A stretch of 64,000 nt of DNA from Phycisphaerales bacterium (GCA_027451365.1 DAIDJN010000035.1:1-64000); one strand, 5' to 3'; positions 53,609-63,359 are shown, counted from the first letter of the stretch. Program-made: numbers and translations. The notes: a model not told the origin generated them from the letters alone.

Positions 53609-53848
53609 ATGTCTCGCACACGTCTTGTTATAATCAAGGTGCTGCCAACCTTCCTCTTAGGGGCAAGTGTCGTGGCGCTGGTTGGTGGATGCACTTCCAC
53701 ATCCAGCAACCCGGGTGCCTATGCCCTCACCGGCACAAACAGCCCGCCGACATTCATTCCGCCTGCGTCAACAATTGACGGCAAAGGCCATTACCATCCT
53801 GACTGGTATTTTCATGGCCGCCAGTTACCCTCTGGACAGGGTCAGTAA
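53609..53848 (+). CDS. Small lipoprotein with YALTG and DGKGHYHPDWYFHGR motifs
   Basis: AAGGAG RBS; lipobox VGGC; motif shared with 51675..52025. Confidence 0.85.
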   Translation: MSRTRLVIIKVLPTFLLGASVVALVGGCTSTSSNPGAYALTGTNSPPTFIPPASTIDGKGHYHPDWYFHGRQLPSGQGQ

Positions 53849-53920
53849 AATTTCATTCTCCGTTGCGAAAGTGTCAACATAATTTTGCATCGGAGCCTTA
53901 TAACGTTCTTTCCTCAATCC

Positions 53921-53977
53921 GCCGCCCGGTTTAACTTTCTTATTACCGGTTGTTAACCGGGCGGCTGTTGCCTTTTT
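53921..53977 (+). terminator. Probable terminator after the small lipoprotein gene
   Basis: GCCGCCCGGTTTAAC...GTTAACCGGGCGGC stem with a T-rich tail. Confidence 0.55.
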
Positions 53978-54253
53978 AAGCGACCGCGCCACGCAGTTTA
54001 CACTCCTCTTTCATCGATAACCAAAAGCCCCTCTCTGCGTTAACCGACCACATAACGCGACGGCGATGAGAATTTAAGCACATTGCCCCGATTATTTCCG
54101 ATGGCAAGTCAGCGCTCGCGACGATTTCCTGCAGGACGGTCCAGATTATCCGTCGCCGCGATAAAACAGCAATAGACCGACAGGTAAATGCGTGGCTGGC
54201 GGTCAAATAAGTCTTATTTAACCAAGTCAAATACTCGGACTCTAAAATCAAAT

Positions 54254-54910
54254 TCACCGTCCACTCGAATGCATCTGATTAGCAATTAACATAAGCTTAC
54301 TTACCCGCTGAGGCCCCATCACACATATCCAATGCCGACTGCCGGATTGAATCACCATATTCAACTGACCGGTCTTTTGCACGATAAAGGACTTACCGTC
54401 TAATCGTCGAAGCTGCCCCTGTGGATATTCAAGTTTTCCGGCAGGCACAACCACCACCCCCACTGTCTGATTGCCGCGCTTTACCAGCATGCACGCCACA
54501 CGATGATGATGAAGAGTTTGCATGCAACAATTGGCCATATTCCCTGCCTGAGGCGAACACATGCGTTGAAGATTATTTTTCTGCGCGTCGGTCATTCCGC
54601 CTGACATGGGTGAAGCCAGCATATGATTATAAATTTGTGATAGATCGTTAACCGACGCCCGGCTGCTATGGGGCGCCATAAGGGGGATTAGAAATGCGGC
54701 CAGCATAACTGCGGCCGCAACCAGGCCAGATACGGCGATCCGCCAGGTGCCAACGCTTCTTTTGGGTGCCAAAATTTGCTCCCGTAGTGCACAATCCAGA
54801 CCGGTTGTGTCCACCGGCATGGTTGCTAGACGGGCCAAGCGGCGGGCGACGGCCTGATTGTCCCCGTCTTGCTGGGAATTGCATTCAGAATTGCGAATCT
54901 GTTCAGCCAT
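54254..54910 (-). CDS. Putative single-TM anti-sigma factor with Cys/His/Met-rich periplasmic domain
   Basis: Short helical cytoplasmic N-terminus, one TM segment, then MCSP..MANCCMQTLHHH..CM; near the ECF sigma gene. Confidence 0.65.
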   Translation of the reverse strand: MAEQIRNSECNSQQDGDNQAVARRLARLATMPVDTTGLDCALREQILAPKRSVGTWRIAVSGLVAAAVMLAAFLIPLMAPHSSRASVNDLSQIYNHMLASPMSGGMTDAQKNNLQRMCSPQAGNMANCCMQTLHHHRVACMLVKRGNQTVGVVVVPAGKLEYPQGQLRRLDGKSFIVQKTGQLNMVIQSGSRHWICVMGPQRVSKLMLIANQMHSSGR

Positions 54911-54990
54911 AAGATGCCCCGGAAGCGTTTAGTCAACAACAAAATTCCAAATCACGGCACGCACCGTAATTGCGCAGCTTTACCAAAATA

Positions 54991-55021
54991 TATAACGATT
55001 AACAGGCCTCGGAAAGTTCCA
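54991..55021 (-). promoter_or_regulatory. ECF-sigma-type promoter P3 (anti-sigma gene)
   Basis: TGGAACTT-N16-CGTTATA. Confidence 0.7.
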
Positions 55022-55383
55022 ACGTGCCAATCGCCATCCGCATCCCCATCCGCAGTTCATTTTCGCCGCTAATTAAAAATTCCGCGGCATGCCGAATCCA
55101 GCAAAATAACGGCCTGGCCTTGCGGAAAAGAATTAACGCATAGAAGGAAAGCACTTCGAAATTAGAAGAGTTCTATGGTCGTGGACTTATTTATCCTCGG
55201 CTTGGGAACACGCGTCAGTCGCATTTGGCGATCTGCAAAACCGGCCGAATTGGCCAATTTTTGATCCCCCAATAAGTTCGTGCATCAGACCGCGCTTCCC
55301 ACCGCATTGCAGGGTTTGCGCATTACGCATATAACCACGGCGCGTAAACTGAAAATGGTCAGCATTGGAATAAAGGAACGAAT

Positions 55384-56280
55384 GTGCCACCCCTATCCGA
55401 CGCTCTGATGAATTCATCCATACCGAATCTGGCTGTGCGCCGCGGGAAGGTTCGCGATGTCTACGACCTTGGCGATACGTTGCTGATTGTGGCAACCGAT
55501 CGCATTAGTGCTTTTGACGTCATAATGCCCACGCCCATACCGGGTAAAGGTCGTATTCTTACCCAACTAAGCAATTACTGGTTCAAGAGGCTGTCCAGCA
55601 TAGTCACGCATCATCTGGTGGCCACGCGGATGGAAGATTTCCCCGCGTCGCTTCAGCCGTTTGCGGCACAACTTGCCGGCCGATCTATTTTGGCGCGGAA
55701 AACCAGCGTTATCCCAGTGGAATGCGTGGTGCGAGGTTATATAGCCGGCGGCGGGTGGAATGAATATCAGCGCACTGGCGCAGTCTGCGGAATTGACCTT
55801 CCAACCGGATTAGAGCGGTGTCAAAAACTTGCGCAGCCCATTTTTACACCCACAACCAAAGCCGCGGCGGGTCATGATGAAAGCATATCGTTCGTGGGCG
55901 CTGTACAGATTGCCGGCCTGCAAACCATGGAATTTGTGCGCGACATGTCGATCCGGCTTTATGAAGAAGCGGCTAAAATTGCGCTGGCCAGAGGTATTAT
56001 TATTGCGGACACAAAATTTGAATGGGGCATTCCATTCGGTGAATCGCGTCCCATTCTGATAGATGAAGCCCTCACACCAGATTCCTCCCGGTTCTGGCCA
56101 GCGGAAAATTATCGACCGGGAACCGAACCCGTCAGTTTCGACAAACAATATGTACGCAATTATCTTGAAACTCTTGCGTGGAATAAACAGCCGCCTGGGC
56201 CAATCCTTCCCGCAGATGTCGTCGCCCAAACTCTGCAAAAATATCAAGACGCGTACGATAAGCTCACGGGCGAGCGGTAG
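55384..56280 (+). CDS. purC: SAICAR synthetase
   Basis: GKVRDVY, ATDRISAFD, ECVVRGY, IADTKFE, DE.LTPDSSRFW. Confidence 0.96.
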   Translation: MPPLSDALMNSSIPNLAVRRGKVRDVYDLGDTLLIVATDRISAFDVIMPTPIPGKGRILTQLSNYWFKRLSSIVTHHLVATRMEDFPASLQPFAAQLAGRSILARKTSVIPVECVVRGYIAGGGWNEYQRTGAVCGIDLPTGLERCQKLAQPIFTPTTKAAAGHDESISFVGAVQIAGLQTMEFVRDMSIRLYEEAAKIALARGIIIADTKFEWGIPFGESRPILIDEALTPDSSRFWPAENYRPGTEPVSFDKQYVRNYLETLAWNKQPPGPILPADVVAQTLQKYQDAYDKLTGER

Positions 56281-56387
56281 ACCACGACCAGAATGTAGAG
56301 TCCAAGACTGAAGTAAGAACGTCGATTCCGGCTTAATCCATTCAAATCCGCGATTAATGGCAATTGTTTCCGTTCTCGTCCGGTTTG

Positions 56388-56396
56388 TGCTATACT
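56388..56396 (+). promoter_or_regulatory. Extended -10 promoter for SRP RNA
   Basis: TGcTATACT just upstream of the RNA. Confidence 0.6.
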
Positions 56397-56413
56397 TGCA
56401 ACTCTGTCGCTTC

Positions 56414-56521
56414 AGCCATGGTCGGGCCCGATGCACGGGTCGACTGTGAACCTGGTCAGGTCCGGAAGGAAGCAGCCATAAGCATGCCCGGTCCGGTGCC
56501 GTCGGTAGCCCGACCATGGCT
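56414..56521 (+). ncRNA. ffs: Signal recognition particle RNA (small bacterial, 4.5S)
   Basis: GGTCAGGTCCGGAAGGAAGCAGC core; terminal stem AGCCATGGTCGGG/CCCGACCATGGCT. Confidence 0.95.
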
Positions 56522-57010
56522 TAAGCGCCTTACACCAGATTTAAACCGTCGCATTCTCGGCCAGCAGGCAATAGATTCCAAGTGTGTCATTTCTCCGGTC
56601 CACAAGGCAATCACGAGCTTTTTGATCGTCGGTAATCACTTGCCGCCCGGCGCGTGCCGCCATCGGATATTATCCTATGCGTTGCCTGTGGATTTTTCTG
56701 ATAGCGAATGCCAAACTCAAACCGATTTTGTTTGTCAACCGGGCAGGATACAAGTGACGATGGGCAGTGAAGCTGATGGCACGGTTTTGGTACCGCGGCC
56801 AGCGCCCGAATCTGCCGTTGGCCGCAGGGGCCGAGCGGCGGATCCCGGCGGTTCTCCGAAAACACCAGACGGGCGAGACCGGGTTGGCAATTTTCGGAAT
56901 TGGTAACGGCGGGCCAATCGCGCCCTTGCGTTCCTTCGCAGCAGTTGGAATCTGCCATCTTAGAATTTTTGCGGCATCTGCCGCGACTGGATTCCGCAAT
57001 GGAGGCAACT

Positions 57011-57595
57011 ATGCCTGAAACCACACTGGCCGCAACCGCCAGAGAAGTGCTGCATCTGCTGCGAAGCTCGTCGGACTCCGGCGCGCGTGCCAGCCAGCTT
57101 GAAAACGCCTGTGCCCGCCTGGCGAACGAGGTGCAGAAATCTGCGTCACCGCCGAGGAAAACGGAATTTAATCGAATTCTTGTGGCAATTGATGCCAGCT
57201 TGCCGGCTGTACATGCGCTGGAAACCGCTCATTCAATGGCCAGGGAATTGGGCGCGACGCTGGCGGTCGTGCATGTAATCGACGCCTCACCCGTACCGAT
57301 CACCGAACCACCTGATGTATCCGCTCTTGGTTTTGCGGCTATCGAACGTGAATCCATGGATTTGTGCAATCGGCTGCTGGCCAGAATAGATCGGTCGAAT
57401 GTGCAGCTATTCTTGCGGCGCGGCAGTCCGCCGATGGAAATAATGCAAACCGCGTCGGAATGGAAAGCAAAACTTATCATCATGGGAAGCCACGGGCGCA
57501 GCCGCCCGGGAAAGTTCTTTCTGGGAACGACCGTAGAGGCAGTTCTGCGGGAATCAACCTGCCCGGTAATGGCGGTGGGCGACGCGATGCATTGA
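57011..57595 (+). CDS. Universal stress protein with N-terminal extension
   Basis: RILVAIDAS, G.P..EI, LIIMGSHGR, LG.TVE.VLR..TCPV; GGAGG RBS. Confidence 0.88.
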   Translation: MPETTLAATAREVLHLLRSSSDSGARASQLENACARLANEVQKSASPPRKTEFNRILVAIDASLPAVHALETAHSMARELGATLAVVHVIDASPVPITEPPDVSALGFAAIERESMDLCNRLLARIDRSNVQLFLRRGSPPMEIMQTASEWKAKLIIMGSHGRSRPGKFFLGTTVEAVLRESTCPVMAVGDAMH

Positions 57596-57839
57596 AGCAT
57601 CTCCGCAGATTTTAATCTCGGAAAATGATGAAAACCAATTCCGAGAGCCGGCTGGGCGGCGACCAAATCAATATTCTTACGGCGGCAACTGGCCGCAAAT
57701 CGATATTCTGCTAAAATTCAAAAGCGCAATGGAGTAAGATATTCCGAATCGAGCAGCTTATTGCGGCCGAGTTGATCGGAGTTCATCGAATATAATTATC
57801 ATTGGCGGCAGAGCCGACCGGCACAAAGGATTAACGCCC

Positions 57840-58052
57840 ATGCTTGACGATGCCATCTGGCAGTTACTGGTTTGCCCGCTGACGCGAAGCAAACTTACCC
57901 GGGAGGGCGAATTTCTGGTTGCACAGGTTGGCGGACTGCGTTATCCGATTGTGGATGGCATCCCCGTTTTAGTGGCGGAACAGGCGGTTCTTCCGGAAGG
58001 AATAACATCGCTTGCGGAATTTAAGGAAAAGTTCAAGGACCAAATTCCGTAA
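57840..58052 (+). CDS. Trm112-like (YcaR) protein
   Basis: LLVCPLTR..L, YPIVDGIPVL. Confidence 0.85.
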   Translation: MLDDAIWQLLVCPLTRSKLTREGEFLVAQVGGLRYPIVDGIPVLVAEQAVLPEGITSLAEFKEKFKDQIP

Positions 58053-58130
58053 GCCAAGGCGCGCAACGTTCGAGGTGCCGGTCATCATCCAGAAGCCGCG
58101 CATTCGCGGATGGATTGTGCCATTGTGTCG

Positions 58131-59063
58131 TCAGGCAGCTGACCCGTCTTGAGCATCGTGGTTACCGCGCTGATTACCTGCAGATCTACCGCGTGGCAAC
58201 CGCCCGAGCCGATCGCGGCTTTCGCGCCGGTGCGAAACAGGCGAGTTGCCGGCGCGAATTTCTCCCGCGCTGGCGGCATCGGTAGCCTGAAGGGCCATCA
58301 ATTGATCCCGCAGAGAGGCGGCTTCCTCATATCGTTCATGCGAAAGTGCCCGTTGCAACTGCCGGTGCAATTCCACGCGCGGATCGGGCGGCAACTGCCG
58401 ACGTATGTCGCGCATCATGGCCAGAATGGTTTGGGCCTCCATGGACTTGCGGGCCTCCGGCTGGCCATACGCGGAAATAATTTTTCGCAGGGTGCCCCGC
58501 AAATATGCCAATGCCGTTTTGGCGTAGCCCGCCTCAAGTGCCACCATTCCCCGTGCGCGGCCCTGCATCATCAGGATATACGGGCGGTATTGTTCCAAGT
58601 GTTCGCGATCACGTTCGGACGCGGCGTATTTTCGGCACATATCCAGCACATCCAGATTGTGCTGAGTATCACGGATCACAGCCTCGAAGCGGCCCAGAAT
58701 AAACATGCTCAGGTAGCGATGGTAGTACAAGGCGGATTCCTGCCGTAACGCCTGACAATCACGTGCCACCAATTGGAAATCCTGATCCGAGTTATGGGTC
58801 TTAATGTGACGGTTGAGCCGCGAAAACTGATAGTCCAGTTCAGAACGTGAATTGTGAGGACGCTTGCCATCCGGCCGGCCGGAAAGTTCCATCTGCAATA
58901 CGCCAAGCTCCAGCCGAACCTGAATTTTGCTTTTTCTGTTACGACCGCTGATAAGTCGCACGTTGATCTGTCCGGGTTGAAAACTCCAACCGGCAAGCGC
59001 AGCGGAAATATCAAGATTTTCTCTGGAATCGGTGCTCTGCCGCTGTTTTGGCTGCTTTGCCAT
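58131..59063 (-). CDS. Conserved protein with C-terminal UvrB/UvrC motif
   Basis: LQME..GRPDG.RP, E..LYYHRY, EQYRPYI, L..AL..E.YEEAA.LRD. Confidence 0.8.
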   Translation of the reverse strand: MAKQPKQRQSTDSRENLDISAALAGWSFQPGQINVRLISGRNRKSKIQVRLELGVLQMELSGRPDGKRPHNSRSELDYQFSRLNRHIKTHNSDQDFQLVARDCQALRQESALYYHRYLSMFILGRFEAVIRDTQHNLDVLDMCRKYAASERDREHLEQYRPYILMMQGRARGMVALEAGYAKTALAYLRGTLRKIISAYGQPEARKSMEAQTILAMMRDIRRQLPPDPRVELHRQLQRALSHERYEEAASLRDQLMALQATDAASAGEIRAGNSPVSHRRESRDRLGRLPRGRSAGNQRGNHDAQDGSAA

Positions 59064-59654
59064 GTCACAACCTCCCTGAATTTCTAACCCTCATTTAATA
59101 GATTATATCCAAGTTTGGAAATGTTGCACGCAAAACTTTAGAAAAACGCACTTTTTTTTTAGTCCGAAAATAACAGAATTTTTAAAACCTCAGGTGCGGA
59201 TTGAAATATCGCAGTCGGTCCAAATAATGCCGCGTGCGTGCGGGCGAAGATAAAGTCCGATTTTGTGACCTTCCCGATCAGTCGTGCGACATGGCGTTGG
59301 CCTTTTTAATCGCATCGCCGCCCGCCTGTGCGGCTCATGGGGAACGGCCCAAGATTGCAAATCGGCGGGCGCAGTCCTTGGGGGGAATCCTCCATCAGCC
59401 GGCCAGATAACCGCCCGACCGGATACGCCTGTGCACCTAAACGCTGCAGCAATAGCGTGTCGTACTACGTCATGCAAATCAGTAAATTGCGACATTCCTG
59501 TGCAACTGGAGAAGCAGGCAAAATACAGTTAAAATAGCCCTCGGAATGTTGCCGACTCTGGCTTTAGGTTACACCATAAATGCCATGCTGCGACTTTATA
59601 CATAAGTGGCATTCAGAACGCGTTGTCAGGCGGCAGAGCGTCGAAAGGATTTGC

Positions 59655-60485
59655 ATGAAAACAGTTCTTGTTCCGGATGAACGCCGCTACGCCACCTTGA
59701 ACAGTCGCGACCTTCGGGAAGGCTTTTTGCTTGATTCACTGTTTAACGTCGGTGAAATTAATCTGGCCTGGTGCGACTTGGACCGAGCCATCATCGGTTC
59801 CGCGGTTCCGGCGCGTCATACCCTGTCGCTTCAGCCGCATGATTCGATGCGAAGTGAAACATTTCTTGAGCGGCGCGAATTGGGAATTCTAAATGTGGGC
59901 GGTGTCGGACGCGTGGAAGTGGATGGCCAATCATTTGAATTGCGAAACGCAGATGGCCTTTATGCCGGACTAGGCTGCCGAAAAATTGTTTTTTCCAGTC
60001 TCAATGCAAATCATCCCGCTAAATTTTATCTGCTCAGTTATCCGGCTCATTCGGCGTATCCAACGGCAGTGGTTCGGCATGATTCCGTGGTCCCGCTGGA
60101 GTTGGGGGCTCCCACCGGAGCCAATCAGCGTAGACTTTATAAATATATTCATCCCGACGGCGTGCGAAGCTGCCAGCTTGTGATGGGTTTTACGCGCCTG
60201 GCACCCGGAAGCGTATGGAATACCATGCCGCCGCACACACACCTGCGGAGATCAGAGGTCTATCTCTATTTTGAGCTTGCACCCGACGCTCGCGTGGTCC
60301 ATCTGATGGGCCGCAGCGATGAAACCCGTCACCTGATGGTAGCCGATTGCCAAGTCGTTCTTTCGCCAGGCTGGTCCATTCATGCCGGCGCGGGGACAAC
60401 CGCTTACAGCTTCTGCTGGGGCATGGGCGGGGAAAATCAGACATTTGCGGATATGGATGCCGTAGCTGTCGCCGATCTTCGCTAA
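59655..60485 (+). CDS. kduI: 5-dehydro-4-deoxy-D-glucuronate isomerase
   Basis: FLERRELGI.N.GG, SCQL.MG.T.L..GSVWNTMPPHTH.RRSEVY.YF, MGGENQ. Confidence 0.95.
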   Translation: MKTVLVPDERRYATLNSRDLREGFLLDSLFNVGEINLAWCDLDRAIIGSAVPARHTLSLQPHDSMRSETFLERRELGILNVGGVGRVEVDGQSFELRNADGLYAGLGCRKIVFSSLNANHPAKFYLLSYPAHSAYPTAVVRHDSVVPLELGAPTGANQRRLYKYIHPDGVRSCQLVMGFTRLAPGSVWNTMPPHTHLRRSEVYLYFELAPDARVVHLMGRSDETRHLMVADCQVVLSPGWSIHAGAGTTAYSFCWGMGGENQTFADMDAVAVADLR

Positions 60486-60504
60486 CCTGAAAGGCTGTTC
60501 AATA

Positions 60505-61269
60505 ATGACGATGCATTTATTTTCACTGAAAGGTAAAACTGCACTGGTAACCGGTTGCCGCCGCGGGATCGGCCGGGCCATTGCGACCACGCTGGCCCAG
60601 GCCGGCGCGGACATTGTTGGAGCGAGTGCCAACCTTGAAACAGGCAGCGAAGTGGAAAACGCGGTTCGCAGCGCCGGCAGACAGTTCACCCCGTTTCAGG
60701 TGGATTTGAGCCAGCGATCTGCAGTGGAACATCTGCTGCGCAATTTGGCGTCCCACGGAGCGCCAATCGATATTCTGGTAAATAATGCCGGTATCATCAG
60801 ACGGCAACCCGCGGCCGAATATTCAGATGAAAATTGGGATACCCAATTGGAAGTGAATCTGACCGCACCGTTTGTATTAGCGCGTGGATTGGGACGGGAA
60901 ATGCTGACGCGCAGATCCGGCAAGATCATTTTTATCGCATCCCTGCTTAGTTTTCAGGGCGGCCTGACGGTTCCTGGGTATGCCGCCAGTAAAGGAGGCA
61001 TCGCACAACTTACCAAGGCGCTGGCCAATGAATGGGCCGGGCGGGGCGTGAATGTAAATGCCATCGCACCGGGCTATATTGCCACAGACAATACCGCGCC
61101 CCTTCGCGCCGATGAGAAACGCTGCGCCTCAATACTTGAACGCATTCCGGCGGGCCGCTGGGGGGTGCCGGAAGATGTTGCGGGAGCCGCACTGTTTCTG
61201 GCCAGCGAAGCCAGCGGTTATGTCCATGGAACCGTTCTAACGGTGGATGGCGGATGGATGGGCCGCTGA
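60505..61269 (+). CDS. kduD: 2-dehydro-3-deoxy-D-gluconate 5-dehydrogenase (SDR)
   Basis: TGCRRGIG, NNAGIIRR, SFQGG..VPGY.ASK, VDGGWMGR; follows kduI. Confidence 0.92.
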   Translation: MTMHLFSLKGKTALVTGCRRGIGRAIATTLAQAGADIVGASANLETGSEVENAVRSAGRQFTPFQVDLSQRSAVEHLLRNLASHGAPIDILVNNAGIIRRQPAAEYSDENWDTQLEVNLTAPFVLARGLGREMLTRRSGKIIFIASLLSFQGGLTVPGYAASKGGIAQLTKALANEWAGRGVNVNAIAPGYIATDNTAPLRADEKRCASILERIPAGRWGVPEDVAGAALFLASEASGYVHGTVLTVDGGWMGR

Positions 61270-61376
61270 ATGATCCGGTCGGATCGCCCGGGATACAACC
61301 TTAAAAAATATTGATATATCTCGCATTAGTTATTTTAAGCCGACCTTTAAAGACGTTCCCTGATTTGGAGCACCCC

Positions 61377-63359
61377 ATGATAATCAATCGCCGCTTTTCG
61401 CCCCGCACAGCCGGACTTTTTATCGCCGCCGGGCTGACACTGCTGTCGGGGCCTGTTCACCTGCTCGCCGCTGCCCCGGCAAAAACGCAATCGGCCCGAC
61501 GGATTATTGTGGAACTCCGGCGAGCGGCTGATGCCCAGATCAAGGCGTATGGCTCGCATGTTGATACCACCTGGCTTGGCGGCACGTTCTGGGATGGCTT
61601 GGCCGACTTGCAGCACCTGACCGGCAGTAAACGCTATGCGGCGGCGATGCTGGCCGCGGGTAAAAAAGCCGGCTTCCGCGAACATCCCCGCTTTCACAGC
61701 CGAATCTTCGCCGATAATTTCTGCATCGGCCGGCTTTATGAAGCAGATTTTCAACTGGCGCATGATCCGGCGATGCTCGCAGCGCTTCGCGCCAGCGCGG
61801 ATAAACTTGGAACGTTGAATTTATCCCGGGTTCTGCCGCACCACCGCGTACCCTGGTTCTGGTGCGACGCGCTGTTTATGGCCGGTCCGGTGCTGACCAG
61901 GCTGGCGGTACTGACCCATGACCAAGCCTATGTGCACACTATGAACGTAAACTGGGCGCGAACCGAGTCTCTCCTTTATGATCCGGCCAAACAACTCTTC
62001 TTCCGCGACCCGCACTTTATACATGCGCACGATCCCAACGGCCACCGGATTTTCTGGTCGCGCGGAAATGGATGGGTCGTAGCCGCACTGGCGGAAAATC
62101 TTAAATATCTACCGGCCGACGCGCCCCAACGCAAAGACTATGTATCGCTTTTAAGACGGATGGCGGCCCGCCTGGCAAAACTGCAACCAGCGGACGGCCT
62201 TTGGGCACCGAGCCTTACGGATCCGGCCTGGTTTCCGCTGCCCGAATCCAGCGGAACCGCGTTGGACTGTTACGCCATGGCATGGGGTGTGCGACATGGC
62301 ATTCTTAATCGGAAAATATTCCTGCCGGTAATTGAAAAGGCGTGGGCCGGTCTGCTGAAATGCCAGATGACCAGCGGCCTGATTGGCCGAACCCAGCGCG
62401 AGGGAGTGGCACCGGCATGGGTGCGGGCACGCTGCAGCAGACCCTTCAGCGTCGGGGCTTTTCTGATGGCCGGCTGCCAGATGGTGAAATTAGCGCCGTT
62501 CCAATTGCCCCGTCTCGCCCAGATGCCCAAGCCGCCCGTTCGCCATACGTCGCTGCATTTTGTCAACAACCATATTGTCCAGCCCACAGGGCCGGCATTT
62601 GTCCGGTATGTACCCGAACGCTTCGATGACATCGCCTGGGAAAACGACCGGATTGCCCATCGTATTTATGGGCCGCAGCTGGGTCTGGTTGAACCGGCCG
62701 GAAGTGGAATAGATGTCTGGGTTAAATCCGTGCGGTTCCCGGTTATCAACATCCGCTACAAATCCGGCATTTACCATGTGGACCAGGGCAATGGACTCGA
62801 CTGCTACAACACGGGCTTCAGCCGCGGTTGCGGCGGACTGGGAATCTGGTCGGGCGGCCGATTATGGAATTCGGTTTACTGGCAGTATTACCGTATCCTG
62901 CAACGCGGACCGAATACCGCAAAATTTCAGGTCTGGTACAAGCCGTGGCGGGTCGGCCGACGATTGGTGTGGGAAAAACGCACCGATACGCTTCGGGCTG
63001 GCGACAATCTGGACCGCATTCAGACCGTTCTGCAATCCAATCGGCCGGGACCGCTCACCGTAGGGATTGGCGTAGCCCGGCATGGCAAAGGGACCCTGAT
63101 AATTGATAAAAAAATTGGAATGTTATGTTATTGGGAACCGCCTCAGAAGCATTATGGTTCCACCGGAATTGGTGTATTGGTGGATCCGAAAATGCTGGTC
63201 GGTGTGACTCAGGACAAATTGAACTATCGGCTTTTACTGGTAAATGTGAATCCGGGCGAGGTTCTTACCTATTATACCGGCGCATGCTGGAGCAAAGGGC
63301 TGGATTTCCACACCGCCGCCCAGTGGGAAAAATATCTGCGCGGATTCAAACGGTACTGA
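61377..63359 (+). CDS. GH105/GH88 unsaturated uronyl hydrolase fused to DUF4861, exported
   Basis: WCDALFM, FWSRGNGW, ESSGTA; C-terminal PERFDDIAWENDRIA.RIYGP, GIDVW.K. Confidence 0.85.
   Translation: MIINRRFSPRTAGLFIAAGLTLLSGPVHLLAAAPAKTQSARRIIVELRRAADAQIKAYGSHVDTTWLGGTFWDGLADLQHLTGSKRYAAAMLAAGKKAGFREHPRFHSRIFADNFCIGRLYEADFQLAHDPAMLAALRASADKLGTLNLSRVLPHHRVPWFWCDALFMAGPVLTRLAVLTHDQAYVHTMNVNWARTESLLYDPAKQLFFRDPHFIHAHDPNGHRIFWSRGNGWVVAALAENLKYLPADAPQRKDYVSLLRRMAARLAKLQPADGLWAPSLTDPAWFPLPESSGTALDCYAMAWGVRHGILNRKIFLPVIEKAWAGLLKCQMTSGLIGRTQREGVAPAWVRARCSRPFSVGAFLMAGCQMVKLAPFQLPRLAQMPKPPVRHTSLHFVNNHIVQPTGPAFVRYVPERFDDIAWENDRIAHRIYGPQLGLVEPAGSGIDVWVKSVRFPVINIRYKSGIYHVDQGNGLDCYNTGFSRGCGGLGIWSGGRLWNSVYWQYYRILQRGPNTAKFQVWYKPWRVGRRLVWEKRTDTLRAGDNLDRIQTVLQSNRPGPLTVGIGVARHGKGTLIIDKKIGMLCYWEPPQKHYGSTGIGVLVDPKMLVGVTQDKLNYRLLLVNVNPGEVLTYYTGACWSKGLDFHTAAQWEKYLRGFKRY

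Noticed and set aside
53976..54257. 93-aa ORF after the anti-sigma gene
   Set aside because: It overlaps the stop codon by 4 nt but has no recognisable motif or clear RBS; cannot be supported
55030..55383. Purine or ZTP riboswitch upstream of purC
   Set aside because: Conserved core sequences not found
56364..56906. 180-aa ORF downstream of purC
   Set aside because: It overlaps the SRP RNA and has no protein-like motif
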